Shown: positions 10,299 to 20,041, counted from the stretch's first letter. The stretch: DNA of 45,382 nt from an uncultured Faecalibacterium sp. (GCA_937917475.1 CALDNF010000001.1:1-45382); one strand, 5' to 3'. Program-made: numbers and translations. Notes: generated by a model not told the origin, from the letters alone.

Positions 10299-11717
10299 CT
10301 ATTTCGCAGATACCTTTTGACTCCTTCCAAATGGTGCAGGGGCTCCGTCCGGGAGCTTTCCAATCTTTTTCATCATATAAATTGCAAGAGGAATTCCCAG
10401 AATCAAGCCTGAAAGCGCATCGGAAAGTGCCTGACAGCAGGCCAGACCTTCGGCACCAAAGAATTGTGGAACGATCAACACCAGCGGAATCAGGAAAAGC
10501 AGTTGGCGGGAGAGACTAAGGATCAGGTTGCCAAACGGCCGTCCAAGCGATTGATACAGATTGCTTGTGATCATCACACACATCTGCAGAGGGAATGCAA
10601 CACAAAGAGTGCGAAGCTTCAGAATTCCGATGGATAGCATCTGGGGATTTCCACTGGAGCTAAAAATGGACAGGATCGGTCGGGCAAAAACAAACATCCC
10701 AGAGCCAAGGATCACGCAGCCGCACATGCCAAGGGCGACAGTCGTGTAAAAAGAAGATCGGACACGGGAGTATTTTCTGGCACCCCAGCAGAAGCCAGCC
10801 ACCGGACCAAAGCCCTGCGAAAAACCCAGAATAACCGACCCGATAAAGCGATACAGCTTATTCGCCACAGCAATGCCTGCAAGAACAGCGGTTCCAAAGC
10901 CCTTCGCCACATTGTTGGTAACGATTCCTCCCAGCGAAAGAAGACTCATCCGCAGAAAAGCCGGAATACCCATTTTGGCGACTTCAAGCATATTGGTCTT
11001 GTCGATATAAAAATATTTCGGATGAATGGTCAGCATGGCCGTATGACGCACATAGGGAACTGCCAGAACGATGCAGGAGAAAATTTTTGATAATGCGGTT
11101 GCACCGGCAGCTCCGGCAACACCCCAGCAAAACGTGTTGATGAACAGCGGATCCAGAAGACAGTTGAGAATACAGCCGGAACACATTCCAACCATTGCAT
11201 AGGTCGTGCTTCCTTCGCTTCGCAAGAGCTGGTTCATAATCAGATTTGCAGTAGTAAAAGGAGCGGCCAACAAAATCCATGTGGCATAGCCCATCGAATA
11301 GGCATGCGCTTCTGGTGTACTGCCCAGCAAACTGACAAGAGGACTTTTTACAGAAAGGCAGACCAGACCAAACAGGAGAGAAAAAACGCAACCAATGGCC
11401 AAGGTAGTGGTGGCCACATTGGAGGCTTCATCGTCCTCATTTGCTCCCATCAGGCGGGAAATATAGCTGGCGGCACCCATGGCAAAGCCCATGGAAACTG
11501 CCCGGAGAATATTCATCAGGGAATCATTGACCGCAACCGCCGCTGTCGCTGTTTCGCCGAGCCCGCTGACGAAAAAGGTATCGGCCAGATTATACAGAGA
11601 ATCGATCACGGTAGATACGATCATTGGGATAGCAACATAGGGAATGACCCGAATCATGGGGTCTTCCAACATCATTTGCTGTCGCTTTGCACGGGCGGCA
11701 ATATTGCTTGTTTTCAT
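10299..11717 (-). CDS. MATE family transporter
   Basis: About 12 TM segments; YNLADTFFV, LRSEG, NCLLDPLFI..WGVAGAAGAT. Confidence 0.9.
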   Translation of the reverse strand: MKTSNIAARAKRQQMMLEDPMIRVIPYVAIPMIVSTVIDSLYNLADTFFVSGLGETATAAVAVNDSLMNILRAVSMGFAMGAASYISRLMGANEDDEASNVATTTLAIGCVFSLLFGLVCLSVKSPLVSLLGSTPEAHAYSMGYATWILLAAPFTTANLIMNQLLRSEGSTTYAMVGMCSGCILNCLLDPLFINTFCWGVAGAAGATALSKIFSCIVLAVPYVRHTAMLTIHPKYFYIDKTNMLEVAKMGIPAFLRMSLLSLGGIVTNNVAKGFGTAVLAGIAVANKLYRFIGSVILGFSQGFGPVAGFCWGARKYSRVRSSFYTTVALGMCGCVILGSGMFVFARPILSIFSSSGNPQMLSIGILKLRTLCVAFPLQMCVMITSNLYQSLGRPFGNLILSLSRQLLFLIPLVLIVPQFFGAEGLACCQALSDALSGLILGIPLAIYMMKKIGKLPDGAPAPFGRSQKVSAK

Positions 11718-11750
11718 AATAGACCTCGTTTCTGAGCGGCCTCACATAAT

Positions 11751-12986
11751 TTATCCACAGACCAGCGCGACCGCAATGTCGTTGACATTGGTTCCGGTAG
11801 GGCCGGTGACGATCAGGCCGTTCACTGCCTGCAGCGCATGGTAGGCATCATTGTTCTGCAGCACATCGAACACCTCGATCCCTTTATTTTTCAATTCGTC
11901 CATCGTGTCGCCATCCACATATCCACCAGCAGCATCTGTCGGACCATCCGTTCCATCGCTGCCGACCGAAAAAACACAAGCGTTTAATCCGGCAATTTCA
12001 AGAGCTGCTGCCAATGCCAGCTCCTGATTACGCCCTCCAAGGCCCTTTCCCGTCAAATGGACCACCGTTTCTCCTCCAGCAAGGAAAGCCAGCGGTTTTT
12101 TGGTGTGTGCATACGTACGAACGATGCTTGCCAAAAAGCTGCCCGCTTCCCGTGCCTCACAGCAGAGCTGGTCGGTAAGAATGATGGGCTCATATCCCAG
12201 CGCACGACACTCGACTTCTGCCGCAGTACAAAGCTCCCGGACACTGCCCGTGATTTGAGTCGTAACATGATCCAACTGCTTGGGTGTTTCGTTTCCAAGC
12301 AGCTGCCATGCCGATGTCGATAGGTTCAGCTTATATTTTTCTGCTATTGCAAGTGCCTGCGCACAAGTAGAAGCGTCCGGCACAGCAGGACCGCTGGCGA
12401 TCATGTCCAAGGGGTCTCCCAGAATATCACTGAGCACAATGCTGAACACCTGCGCCGGAGCGCAAAGCTTGGCAAATCGTCCTCCCTTGACTCCAGACAG
12501 CCGCTTTCGGATCGTATTCATTTCCACGATGTCTGCTCCACTGGCCAACAGCTGAGTGGTAATGTCCTGCAACTCTTCACCGGGAATAAGCGGCTTTTCA
12601 AATAGGGCACTGCCGCCGCCGGAAAGGAGAAAAAGGACATTATCATCCGGTGTCAGCCCCTGAACCAATTCTATCGCCTTCTGCGTGGCAGCAAAACTGT
12701 TTTCATCCGGGACAGGATGACCCGCTTCACAGCAGATAACGCCCGGTATCTCACCCTTTACATGGTTGTATTTGGTCACGACCACACCACCATCCACATG
12801 GCCCAGCATTTTTACAGCAGCGTTCGCCATCTGCCAGGCTGCCTTGCCTGCTGCGATCAAAATCGTTTTGCCTGCCCCGGGACAGAAGCTCCGCAGTGCA
12901 CGACAGACCGCTTCATCTGGCAAAACTGCTTTTATACTGGCCGCAATGATCTGATCGGCGTCTTTTCGCAACATTTGCTTCATCAC
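11751..12986 (-). CDS. Glycerate kinase, class II (TtuD/MOFRL type)
   Basis: GKAA, AGHPVPD, LLSGGGSAL, KGGR, IASGP, GGETVV, GGRNQE, DGTDG, TGTNVND. Start is GTG 12986 or ATG 12983. Confidence 0.92.
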   Translation of the reverse strand: MMKQMLRKDADQIIAASIKAVLPDEAVCRALRSFCPGAGKTILIAAGKAAWQMANAAVKMLGHVDGGVVVTKYNHVKGEIPGVICCEAGHPVPDENSFAATQKAIELVQGLTPDDNVLFLLSGGGSALFEKPLIPGEELQDITTQLLASGADIVEMNTIRKRLSGVKGGRFAKLCAPAQVFSIVLSDILGDPLDMIASGPAVPDASTCAQALAIAEKYKLNLSTSAWQLLGNETPKQLDHVTTQITGSVRELCTAAEVECRALGYEPIILTDQLCCEAREAGSFLASIVRTYAHTKKPLAFLAGGETVVHLTGKGLGGRNQELALAAALEIAGLNACVFSVGSDGTDGPTDAAGGYVDGDTMDELKNKGIEVFDVLQNNDAYHALQAVNGLIVTGPTGTNVNDIAVALVCG

Positions 12987-13018
12987 AAACTCCTTATCTG
13001 CCCGCTACCGGACAATCG

Positions 13019-13052
13019 AAAAGCGGCGAACGGCTTTTCTGCCGTACGCCGC
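13019..13052 (-). terminator. Intercistronic hairpin with T tail
   Basis: GCGGCGTACGGC...GCCGTTCGCCGC-TTTT on the minus strand. Confidence 0.55.
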
Positions 13053-13077
13053 CTGAAATTTTCCATACTTAAGCGTA

Positions 13078-13995
13078 TCAGAGCAGTTTCATATCTACAA
13101 GCACCTGACGCAGCTTTTCCTTTTCTTCCGGCTTCAACTCCTGAATAGGCTCAAGGCACTTTCCTACCGGAATTCCCAGCAGATTCAAGCTTTCCTTGAT
13201 AACTTCCGGGAACGTGCCCATGTTGGTTGCAATGCGCAGAGGAGCCAAACGGTACTGTGCTTCCAACGAACCAGCCAGATCACCTGCCACGAATTTATCG
13301 TAAATGTCTGCCACAATGCGGGGGGCCACATTGGCGCAGCTTGCAACCGCACCGGAACAGCCATATGCCAGACCCGCATAGATCATCGTGTCACGCCCCA
13401 TCATCACATTGAAATGATCCCGCTGATCGGCTGTCAGGCGAAGATACTCTTCACAGTTGGTCATGTCTCCCGTGGAATCCTTGACGCCAATGATATTCGG
13501 GCAATCTTTTACCAAGCGAGCCACCGTAGCAGGAGCGATCGTAACATTTGTCTTGGGTTTATTATTGTACATTATCACGGGCAGCTGTGTGCTGTCGGCA
13601 ATCGTTTTATAGTAGCTGTAAAGCTCGTCCTGCGTCTGGCTGACAAACATAGGGGTCAGGACACTGACTGCATCATAACCTCCCACCTGCTCCACCAGAT
13701 GGATCAGATGAATGACGCCCCGGGTCGTGATATGGCTGCATCCCGCAAACAGCTGGATCGGTTTTCCGTAGCAGTTTTTCTTTCCTGCCACAGCATCCCG
13801 GACAGTTTCCAGAGATTTGACGAATTCCTCATCGCTCACTGCATAAAACTCACCTGTGGTGCCAAAGGGAAACAGGCCGTGCACACCGTTTTCCACCAGA
13901 TAGACGGACATTTTAGCGAGGGACTCGTAGTTTATACTTCCGTCCTCATTGAAGGGGGTAATGATAGGGGGAATAACACCATAGGGCTTGTACAT
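13078..13995 (-). CDS. DHDPS/NAL-family aldolase, probable 5-keto-4-deoxyglucarate aldolase (GudL-type)
   Basis: GTTGEF, catalytic Tyr (MYNN) and Schiff-base Lys (GVKDS); context with garD/gudD/garR/glycerate kinase and no garL. RBS AGGAG favours ATG 13995. Confidence 0.75.
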   Translation of the reverse strand: MYKPYGVIPPIITPFNEDGSINYESLAKMSVYLVENGVHGLFPFGTTGEFYAVSDEEFVKSLETVRDAVAGKKNCYGKPIQLFAGCSHITTRGVIHLIHLVEQVGGYDAVSVLTPMFVSQTQDELYSYYKTIADSTQLPVIMYNNKPKTNVTIAPATVARLVKDCPNIIGVKDSTGDMTNCEEYLRLTADQRDHFNVMMGRDTMIYAGLAYGCSGAVASCANVAPRIVADIYDKFVAGDLAGSLEAQYRLAPLRIATNMGTFPEVIKESLNLLGIPVGKCLEPIQELKPEEKEKLRQVLVDMKLL

Positions 13996-14082
13996 AATGT
14001 TCACTCCTGTTCATTCTATTTGTTCAGTCGATGGAACTCTTCGACTGATGATTCTAATACAGTCTTTGACTGCCTTTGTTTC

Positions 14083-14111
14083 ATTGTATTGGTTCTTTGC
14101 AGTGTTGGCAA
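14083..14111 (-). promoter_or_regulatory. Sigma70-type promoter for the aldolase-kinase-MATE unit
   Basis: TTGCCA-17 bp-TACAAT. Confidence 0.65.
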
Positions 14112-14212
14112 TGGACATTCACCCAAAACCTATCGGGGTAAATCTGTAAGAAAGGTAAAAATTGCAAAAGCTGAATTTTAAATTGAAACATTTGAAATGT
14201 TTCTTTCACTGT

Positions 14213-14641
14213 TTAATCTACAAACTTGAACAAATTCAGGCCGACCTCCTGAGAATACTCTCTCTCTACAGTCCCATCCAGCTGTTGGATCACAAACTCT
14301 CCAGTCAAACTGACAATGGCATGATTCAGGTGACCACCATGGCACTCTCCTTTTACCGCATTTGCCGCTGCCATATGAATATGGAGATAGGGTTTTCCTT
14401 CTTTTGTCGTCACCGTACCGGAACAGGATGCGATTTCATAATCGCCCGTGTAGGTCGTGGACTCATATTCAAACTTTTCACGGTTGAAAACACCAAGTGT
14501 CACTTCGCCCACAGCACCGATACCGCTGATACTTCCCAGCCGAATCTCCTCTTCTTGGCACAATTTCGTGATGGATTCCAGAATTTCTTCGCCACGGTCG
14601 ATCCGCAGCATATAGGTCGAGCCAAATTTCCGATATTCCAT
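14213..14641 (-). CDS. PPC-domain (DUF296) protein
   Basis: RIDRGEEI, GIGA, EIASCSG, YLHIH, HGGHL. Confidence 0.88.
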   Translation of the reverse strand: MEYRKFGSTYMLRIDRGEEILESITKLCQEEEIRLGSISGIGAVGEVTLGVFNREKFEYESTTYTGDYEIASCSGTVTTKEGKPYLHIHMAAANAVKGECHGGHLNHAIVSLTGEFVIQQLDGTVEREYSQEVGLNLFKFVD

Positions 14642-14684
14642 AATAAAACCTCCCTGTTTCGACTACATCACATCGTGGAATCAT

Positions 14685-15533
14685 TCAGACGATCTCAAGA
14701 CGCATTTTTCTCTTCGGCGGCTCAAAGGCCTTGTCAATTCGGGCCAGATCTTTCTGCGTCAGCTTCAGCTGCGCTGCCTGCACATTCTGAAGCGTATGTT
14801 CCGGACGGCCTGCACGGGGAATCGGGATAACGCCCGGATGGGCAAGCAGAAATGCCAGCATCACCTGTGGAACGGTTGCGTCATGCTCTGCAGCGATCTC
14901 CTGCAGCACAGGAGCACGCATCAATCCTCTGTGCAGCTGTCCAGCCTGAGCCAGCGGGCAGTACGCCATTACCGGAATGTTGTGCTCCTGCATCAACGGC
15001 AGCAAGTCATACTCAATGCCTCGGCTGCTCACATTATAAAGCACCTGATTTGCAGCGCAATGCAGCCCATCCGGCTGTGCAAACAGCTCCTGTATATCTG
15101 ACGTATCCAAATTGGAGACGCCCCAGGCCCGGATCCGCCCCTTGGCTTTCAGTTCTTCCATACATTCTACCGTCTCCCTCAGTGGGATGCTCCCTCGCCA
15201 GTGAAGAAGATACAGGTCCAGATAATCCGTTTTCATCCGCCGCAAAGAGTCTTCGCAGCTGGTAAAAATGTTCCGCCGCCCTGCGTTAAAGGGATAAACT
15301 TTGCTGACCAGAAACAGTTTACTGCGGTCCAACCCTTGAATGGCATCCCCAACCAGCATCTCTGCCGCACCATCGCCATACATTTCAGCCGTATCTATAA
15401 GGTTCATTCCAGCCTCTATACCAGCACGCAGCGCAGCATATTCCTGCGGAAAACGATCCAGTTCTTCTCCCAAATACCAGGTACCCTGCCCAATCGGGCC
15501 CACGGCCTGCCCGCTTTGTGTCATAAATTTCAT
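14685..15533 (-). CDS. Aldo/keto reductase
   Basis: GQGTW, DTAEMYG, VSKV, DLYLLHW, GVSN, NQVLYN, AYCPL. Confidence 0.92.
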   Translation of the reverse strand: MKFMTQSGQAVGPIGQGTWYLGEELDRFPQEYAALRAGIEAGMNLIDTAEMYGDGAAEMLVGDAIQGLDRSKLFLVSKVYPFNAGRRNIFTSCEDSLRRMKTDYLDLYLLHWRGSIPLRETVECMEELKAKGRIRAWGVSNLDTSDIQELFAQPDGLHCAANQVLYNVSSRGIEYDLLPLMQEHNIPVMAYCPLAQAGQLHRGLMRAPVLQEIAAEHDATVPQVMLAFLLAHPGVIPIPRAGRPEHTLQNVQAAQLKLTQKDLARIDKAFEPPKRKMRLEIV

Positions 15534-15569
15534 CTCATCATGTCTCCTTTCTCAAGATTTTCTGACCAC

Positions 15570-15598
15570 ATTGTATCACGAAGCAAGCGTATGAGCAA
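15570..15598 (-). promoter_or_regulatory. Sigma70-type promoter of the aldo/keto reductase
   Basis: TTGCTC-17 bp (with TG)-TACAAT. Confidence 0.65.
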
Positions 15599-15637
15599 AT
15601 CCCGGGCAGCCTCAAGCAGAAACATTATGAAACGTAA

Positions 15638-15654
15638 ATTTCTATTTTTGAAAC
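15638..15654. promoter_or_regulatory. Putative operator, TTTCA-N5-TGAAA type
   Basis: ATTTCT-ATTTT-TGAAAC, with an extra TGAAAC half-site at 15628-15633, between the divergent AKR and garR promoters. Confidence 0.55.
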
Positions 15655-15726
15655 GCAGTTCTTGCACAATTCGAAATTTTTGTCAACATTCATAAAATGA
15701 AGGCCATCAATTCGTCATTTTATTCC

Positions 15727-15755
15727 TTGTCTGGCACTCTATTTCCCGCTATACT
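15727..15755 (+). promoter_or_regulatory. Sigma70-type promoter of garR
   Basis: TTGTCT-17 bp-TATACT. Confidence 0.7.
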
Positions 15756-15834
15756 GTAGTCAGTCGAGAAGAATCTGCAGCAGGCAGTGTTCTGAAAGAT
15801 AAACGCAAAATCGAACTACGGAGGTACTATTGTT

Positions 15835-16722
15835 ATGAAAATCGGTTTGATTGGTCTGGGTATCATGGGCAAGCCTATGGCAAAGAATATGCTGAAAAAG
15901 GGTTATACCGACCTGCTTGTCAGTGACCTGAACAAAGCAGCTGTGGACGAAGTCGTCGCCTGCGGCGCAAAGGCAGCTTCCAATCAGGAGATCGGTGAAA
16001 CCTGTGATGTCGTTCTGACCATGCTGCCCAACTCTCCCCATGTCAAGAGCGTAATGCTCACCCCGGATACTGGTGTTGCAAATTTCATGCACGCAGGACA
16101 GGTCTTTATCGACATGAGTTCTATCAACCCTGTCGCCTCCAAGGAAATCGCAGCTGCTCTGGCCGAGAAGGGTGTCGAAATGCTGGATGCTCCTGTCTCC
16201 GGCGGTGAGCCTAAAGCTATCGACGGCACTCTGAGCTTTATGGTCGGCGGAAAACAGAATGTTTTTGATGCCTACAAGCCTCTGCTGGAGACCATGGGTG
16301 CTTCTGTTGTCCGCTGTGGTGATGTGGGTGCAGGCAATACCACCAAGCTTGCCAACCAGATCATCGTGGCCTGCAACATTCAGGCCCTTGCCGAGGCTCT
16401 GACTCTGGCTCAGAAGGCCGGTGTGGATCCTGAGCTTGTATTTCAGGCCATCAAGGGTGGTCTGGCAGGCTCTACTGTCATGAACGCCAAGGCTCCCATG
16501 ATGATTGAGGGGAACGACAAGCCCGGCTTCAAGATTGACCTGCACATCAAGGACCTGAACAATGCATTGGATTGCGCTCATACGGTCGGTGCACCTGTTC
16601 CCATGACCGCAGAGGTTCAGGAAGTGCTTCAGTGGCTGCACAACAACGGCAAGGGGCAGGCAGATCACAGTGCCATCGCTCAGTATTATGAGAAGCTGAC
16701 CGGAATTCAGATCGGCCGCTAA
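15835..16722 (+). CDS. garR: 2-hydroxy-3-oxopropionate (tartronate semialdehyde) reductase
   Basis: GLIGLGIMGKPMA, TMLPNSPHV, DAPVSGGEPKAIDGTL, KLANQ, PGFKIDLHIKDL, all typical of GarR. Confidence 0.92.
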   Translation: MKIGLIGLGIMGKPMAKNMLKKGYTDLLVSDLNKAAVDEVVACGAKAASNQEIGETCDVVLTMLPNSPHVKSVMLTPDTGVANFMHAGQVFIDMSSINPVASKEIAAALAEKGVEMLDAPVSGGEPKAIDGTLSFMVGGKQNVFDAYKPLLETMGASVVRCGDVGAGNTTKLANQIIVACNIQALAEALTLAQKAGVDPELVFQAIKGGLAGSTVMNAKAPMMIEGNDKPGFKIDLHIKDLNNALDCAHTVGAPVPMTAEVQEVLQWLHNNGKGQADHSAIAQYYEKLTGIQIGR

Positions 16723-16805
16723 GAGCACTTTTCTCTTTCTTTTTGAATCACTTTCTGCTATGATATTCCTGCAATACTTCAGTTACAGGAACAGCAGAGT
16801 CGTTG

Positions 16806-16843
16806 TCGGCGGCCCGCTTTTACGGGTCGCCGATTTTGCTTTT
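16806..16843 (+). terminator. Terminator-like hairpin between garR and the regulator
   Basis: TCGGCGGCCCG-CTTTTA-CGGGTCGCCGA-TTTTGCTTTT. Confidence 0.6.
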
Positions 16844-16865
16844 CGTGATCGTTAAGGAGATGCCT

Positions 16866-18770
16866 ATGGCAAAGGTTGCAGTTTTAGTTCCCAATCAGGA
16901 GCTGTGCTCCATCGCTCAGCCCCTGATCAATGAGTTTCCTTCCCTTTCGCTGATGACCGTTGAATATATCAAGACCGAGCAGGTCTCTCTGCGTGCCCGC
17001 GATCTGGAGCGGCAGGGCTGCGATCTGATCGTTGCCCGTGGCGTCCACGCACACATCATCAAACGGGATGTCAAGCTGCCTCTGGTAGAGATTCGTGTCA
17101 CGCAGCAGGAGTTGGCCAGCGTTATGCTAGAGCTGAAAGAAGAGCTGGGTCTTCCCTGTCCCCAAATCGCCCTGATTGGTTTTTCCAATATGTTCAGCGA
17201 TACTGACCATTTCAACCAACTGTTCGGTATTGACCTACGGCTTTATATGGTAAAGCAAAATGACGAATTGGGTGATGCTGTGGAACATGCTTTCGCCGAT
17301 GGCTGTAATGCAGTGATCGGCGGCGACATCGTCTGCAAGAGTGCTCAGAAAGAAAAGCTGCCCTATCGGTTCATTCCTTCTGGGCAGGAGAGCCTGCGCA
17401 ATGCACTGGGAACCGCCACTCGTGTGGCATACGCCATCGACATGGAAAAAAGAAACAGTGCCGAAATCAACGCACTTCTGAATTATACTTTCAATGGCAT
17501 TATACAAGTGGATTCGTCCGGCATCGTACGTCGGATCAATCGAATCAGCAACGACCTTTTGGAGTGCCCCACCGCAACCGTACTGGGCAGACCCATTTCG
17601 GAGATTCTGCCCAATCTGAGCCGTGAGCTTCTGGAGAATGCCCTCAAGCGTGGACAGGAAGCTTATGCATTCATGCTGGACATTCACCATAAAGCGGTCG
17701 TTGTCAACATCGCTCCCATTCTTGTAGAAAATCAAATCGAGGGTGCCGTTCTAACCTTTCAGGAAGGACAGCGTCTGATTGAAATGGACAGCGAAATGCG
17801 GCGTGAGCTTTACCAGCGAGGATTCGTCGCCAAACACAGCTTCGAAAACATGATTCAAGAGGATCCCGAGACCGTTCAAATGCTTGAGCTGGCCAAGCGG
17901 ATCAGTAAATTTAACGCACCGATTCTTCTGACAGGAGAAACGGGCAGTGGCAAAAACATTCTGGCCCAATGCATCCACAATGAAAGTCTGGTTCACTCAA
18001 ACGCTTTTGTTTCCATCGATTGCAGCGCATGGCTCCCGGAAACGCTCGATAATATGCTCTTCGGAAATTTCACTGTCCGAAAAGATTCCATTGTGGACAG
18101 TTATGCCGAGATGGCACAGGGCGGCACATTGTACCTGAGCCATGTGGAGATGCTGCCACTGGAAACGCAGTACAAACTGCTCTGTCTCATCCGAGGCCGC
18201 TTTCTCCACAATGGGCCTTCCAGACCCGTGGCCGCCAATGTCCGTGTGATCGCTTCTACGGCTATAAACCTGATTTCTCGGGTAGAGAAGGGTGAATTCC
18301 GAAGTGATTTGTACTATGCACTCACTGTTCTGAGTCTCGAGGTTTTGCCACTGCGCCGCCGCCGAGCCGATATTTTGGGTTGGATGGAATTATATCTGGA
18401 CGAGTGGCAGAAAAAATACAAGCGTTATGTCCATCTGACACAAGGAGCACGGGACTATCTGCTGGATTACGATTGGCCCGGCAATTTGGATCAGCTGTGC
18501 AGTGTTTGCGAACGGCTGGTGCTGCTGACGCAGAAGCGGAATATTGATGAAGTATTCTTGCGTCAGCAGTTGGAGCAGGTAACGCCTCGCATGCTCCCGG
18601 GCACGGAACAAATCGTCTTGTACAAAGATCAGAAAGCTGTAGAAATTGCAGCCCTGCTCAAAAAGCATCACGGCAATCGACAGAAGGTCGCCGATGAGCT
18701 TGGTGTCAGCAAAACCACTCTGTGGCGATACCTGAAGAAATTCAACATCACCTCTGATTATAACTGTTAA
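16866..18770 (+). CDS. PrpR-like regulator (PrpR_N - PAS - degenerate AAA+ - Fis HTH)
   Basis: DLIVARG/VIGGD PrpR_N motifs, PAS-like region, Walker A GETGSGK, YDWPGN, C-terminal GNRQKVADELGVSKTTLWRYLK. GAFTGA and Walker B are degenerate. Confidence 0.88.
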   Translation: MAKVAVLVPNQELCSIAQPLINEFPSLSLMTVEYIKTEQVSLRARDLERQGCDLIVARGVHAHIIKRDVKLPLVEIRVTQQELASVMLELKEELGLPCPQIALIGFSNMFSDTDHFNQLFGIDLRLYMVKQNDELGDAVEHAFADGCNAVIGGDIVCKSAQKEKLPYRFIPSGQESLRNALGTATRVAYAIDMEKRNSAEINALLNYTFNGIIQVDSSGIVRRINRISNDLLECPTATVLGRPISEILPNLSRELLENALKRGQEAYAFMLDIHHKAVVVNIAPILVENQIEGAVLTFQEGQRLIEMDSEMRRELYQRGFVAKHSFENMIQEDPETVQMLELAKRISKFNAPILLTGETGSGKNILAQCIHNESLVHSNAFVSIDCSAWLPETLDNMLFGNFTVRKDSIVDSYAEMAQGGTLYLSHVEMLPLETQYKLLCLIRGRFLHNGPSRPVAANVRVIASTAINLISRVEKGEFRSDLYYALTVLSLEVLPLRRRRADILGWMELYLDEWQKKYKRYVHLTQGARDYLLDYDWPGNLDQLCSVCERLVLLTQKRNIDEVFLRQQLEQVTPRMLPGTEQIVLYKDQKAVEIAALLKKHHGNRQKVADELGVSKTTLWRYLKKFNITSDYNC

Positions 18771-18777
18771 AGCAGAT

Positions 18778-18835
18778 AAAGCAATCACCCCCGGAAACAT
18801 TCTGTGCGAGAAATGTTTCCGGGGGTGATGCTTTT
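18778..18835. terminator. Bidirectional intrinsic terminator
   Basis: AAAGCA-ATCACCCCCGGAAACATT...AATGTTTCCGGGGGTGAT-GCTTTT between convergent genes. Confidence 0.85.
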
Positions 18836-18866
18836 ATGGAGACTTTTTCTTATGAAAGGGGATCAC

Positions 18867-20018
18867 TCACATAATGTGCGGTGCGCCGCCCAGCGTATAA
18901 GCTTTGGGCGAATCCAGCTTGACACGGCTCCAGACAATGGGTTCATGCTTTGCGATAAAATCATAGTCCAGATCCATGCCCCAGCCGGGCTTGTCATTCG
19001 GAACGATGAAGCCATCTTTCACTTTCAGAACATCTGTGACGAGCTCTGCATCCAGACCTTCTTCTCTCGGCTCATTCTCAAGGAAGGTAGTATTGTAGGT
19101 ACACATACAGAAATGGACATTGATGCAGTTTGCCAGCGTGCTCAGCGGGTTATGAGGACTCAGGTTACGGAAGCTTGGCTCTGCCATTGCTGCGATCTTC
19201 CGCATTCCGGTAAAGCCGCCGCAAAGCAGAATATCCGGCTGCAGCAGATCTACTGCGTGCAGTGCCAGCAAACGCTCCCATGTGTACGGGTCAAAAATCT
19301 GCTCACCTGTTGCCAGAGGAACATTCAGCCCCTGAGCCATCTCAGACCACGCTTCCAGATTGTCCGGACGAATGGGTTCTTCCACAAAGAAAGGACGATA
19401 CGGCTCAATCAGATTTGCCATCCGGCGGCCCTCACGCGGCTCATAGATCTTGCTTTGCATATCAATGCCGATCTCAAAATCAGGGCCAAGTGCATTCCGC
19501 ATTCCCTCAAACATTTCCACCAGCGCAGCTTCTGCACTGCCTGTAGGGAAATAGCCGATCTCTTTTACGCCGACTTTGCAGGCCTTATAACCGTATTTTT
19601 CAATCTTAGGCTGCAGCATCTCCAGTGCAGCTTTGTTGTTCTTTCCCATCGTGTGGCAGTACACCGGCACACGGTCACGCACCGCTCCGACCAGTTTGTA
19701 AACCGGCAGGTTTGCAATTTTTCCTGCGATGTCCCACAGGGCCAGATCAATGGCACTGGCAGCGGTATACAGGATGCTGCCGCCGGGGAAGCGAGAATAG
19801 TTCAGGATTCGCTTCTGAATTCGCTCCCGATCCAGTGGGTCCATGCCAACGACCCACTCCGACACATATTTGACCATTTCGGCAGTAGCCTTGTCTGCGC
19901 CGATACAGAACAGCTCACCGACACCGTGGATTCCCTCATCGGTATCGATCCGGACAAAGTTAAAGTTTCTGAATTGGGTGGTATGGACAGAATACGTTGT
20001 AACTTCAGTAATTTTCAT
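18867..20018 (-). CDS. Mandelate-racemase-subgroup acid-sugar dehydratase (DgoD-like)
   Basis: TDEGIHGVGE, SAIDLALWDIAGK, metal ligands D(GIDM), E(EEP), E(TGE), plus QPD and PHNP. RBS favours ATG 20018. Confidence 0.85.
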   Translation of the reverse strand: MKITEVTTYSVHTTQFRNFNFVRIDTDEGIHGVGELFCIGADKATAEMVKYVSEWVVGMDPLDRERIQKRILNYSRFPGGSILYTAASAIDLALWDIAGKIANLPVYKLVGAVRDRVPVYCHTMGKNNKAALEMLQPKIEKYGYKACKVGVKEIGYFPTGSAEAALVEMFEGMRNALGPDFEIGIDMQSKIYEPREGRRMANLIEPYRPFFVEEPIRPDNLEAWSEMAQGLNVPLATGEQIFDPYTWERLLALHAVDLLQPDILLCGGFTGMRKIAAMAEPSFRNLSPHNPLSTLANCINVHFCMCTYNTTFLENEPREEGLDAELVTDVLKVKDGFIVPNDKPGWGMDLDYDFIAKHEPIVWSRVKLDSPKAYTLGGAPHIM

Positions 20019-20041
20019 AGTGGTCACCTCTCATGCAGTTA

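Noticed and set aside
14185..14203. Perfect 9-bp inverted repeat GAAACATTT-G-AAATGTTTC as a terminator
   Set aside because: AT-rich stem with a 1-nt loop; better explained as overlapping operator half-sites.
15732..15746. TGGCAC-N5-TTCC resembling a sigma54 -24/-12 promoter upstream of garR
   Set aside because: The -12 GC is missing, it sits inside the spacer of a good -35/-10 promoter, and the regulator lacks GAFTGA.
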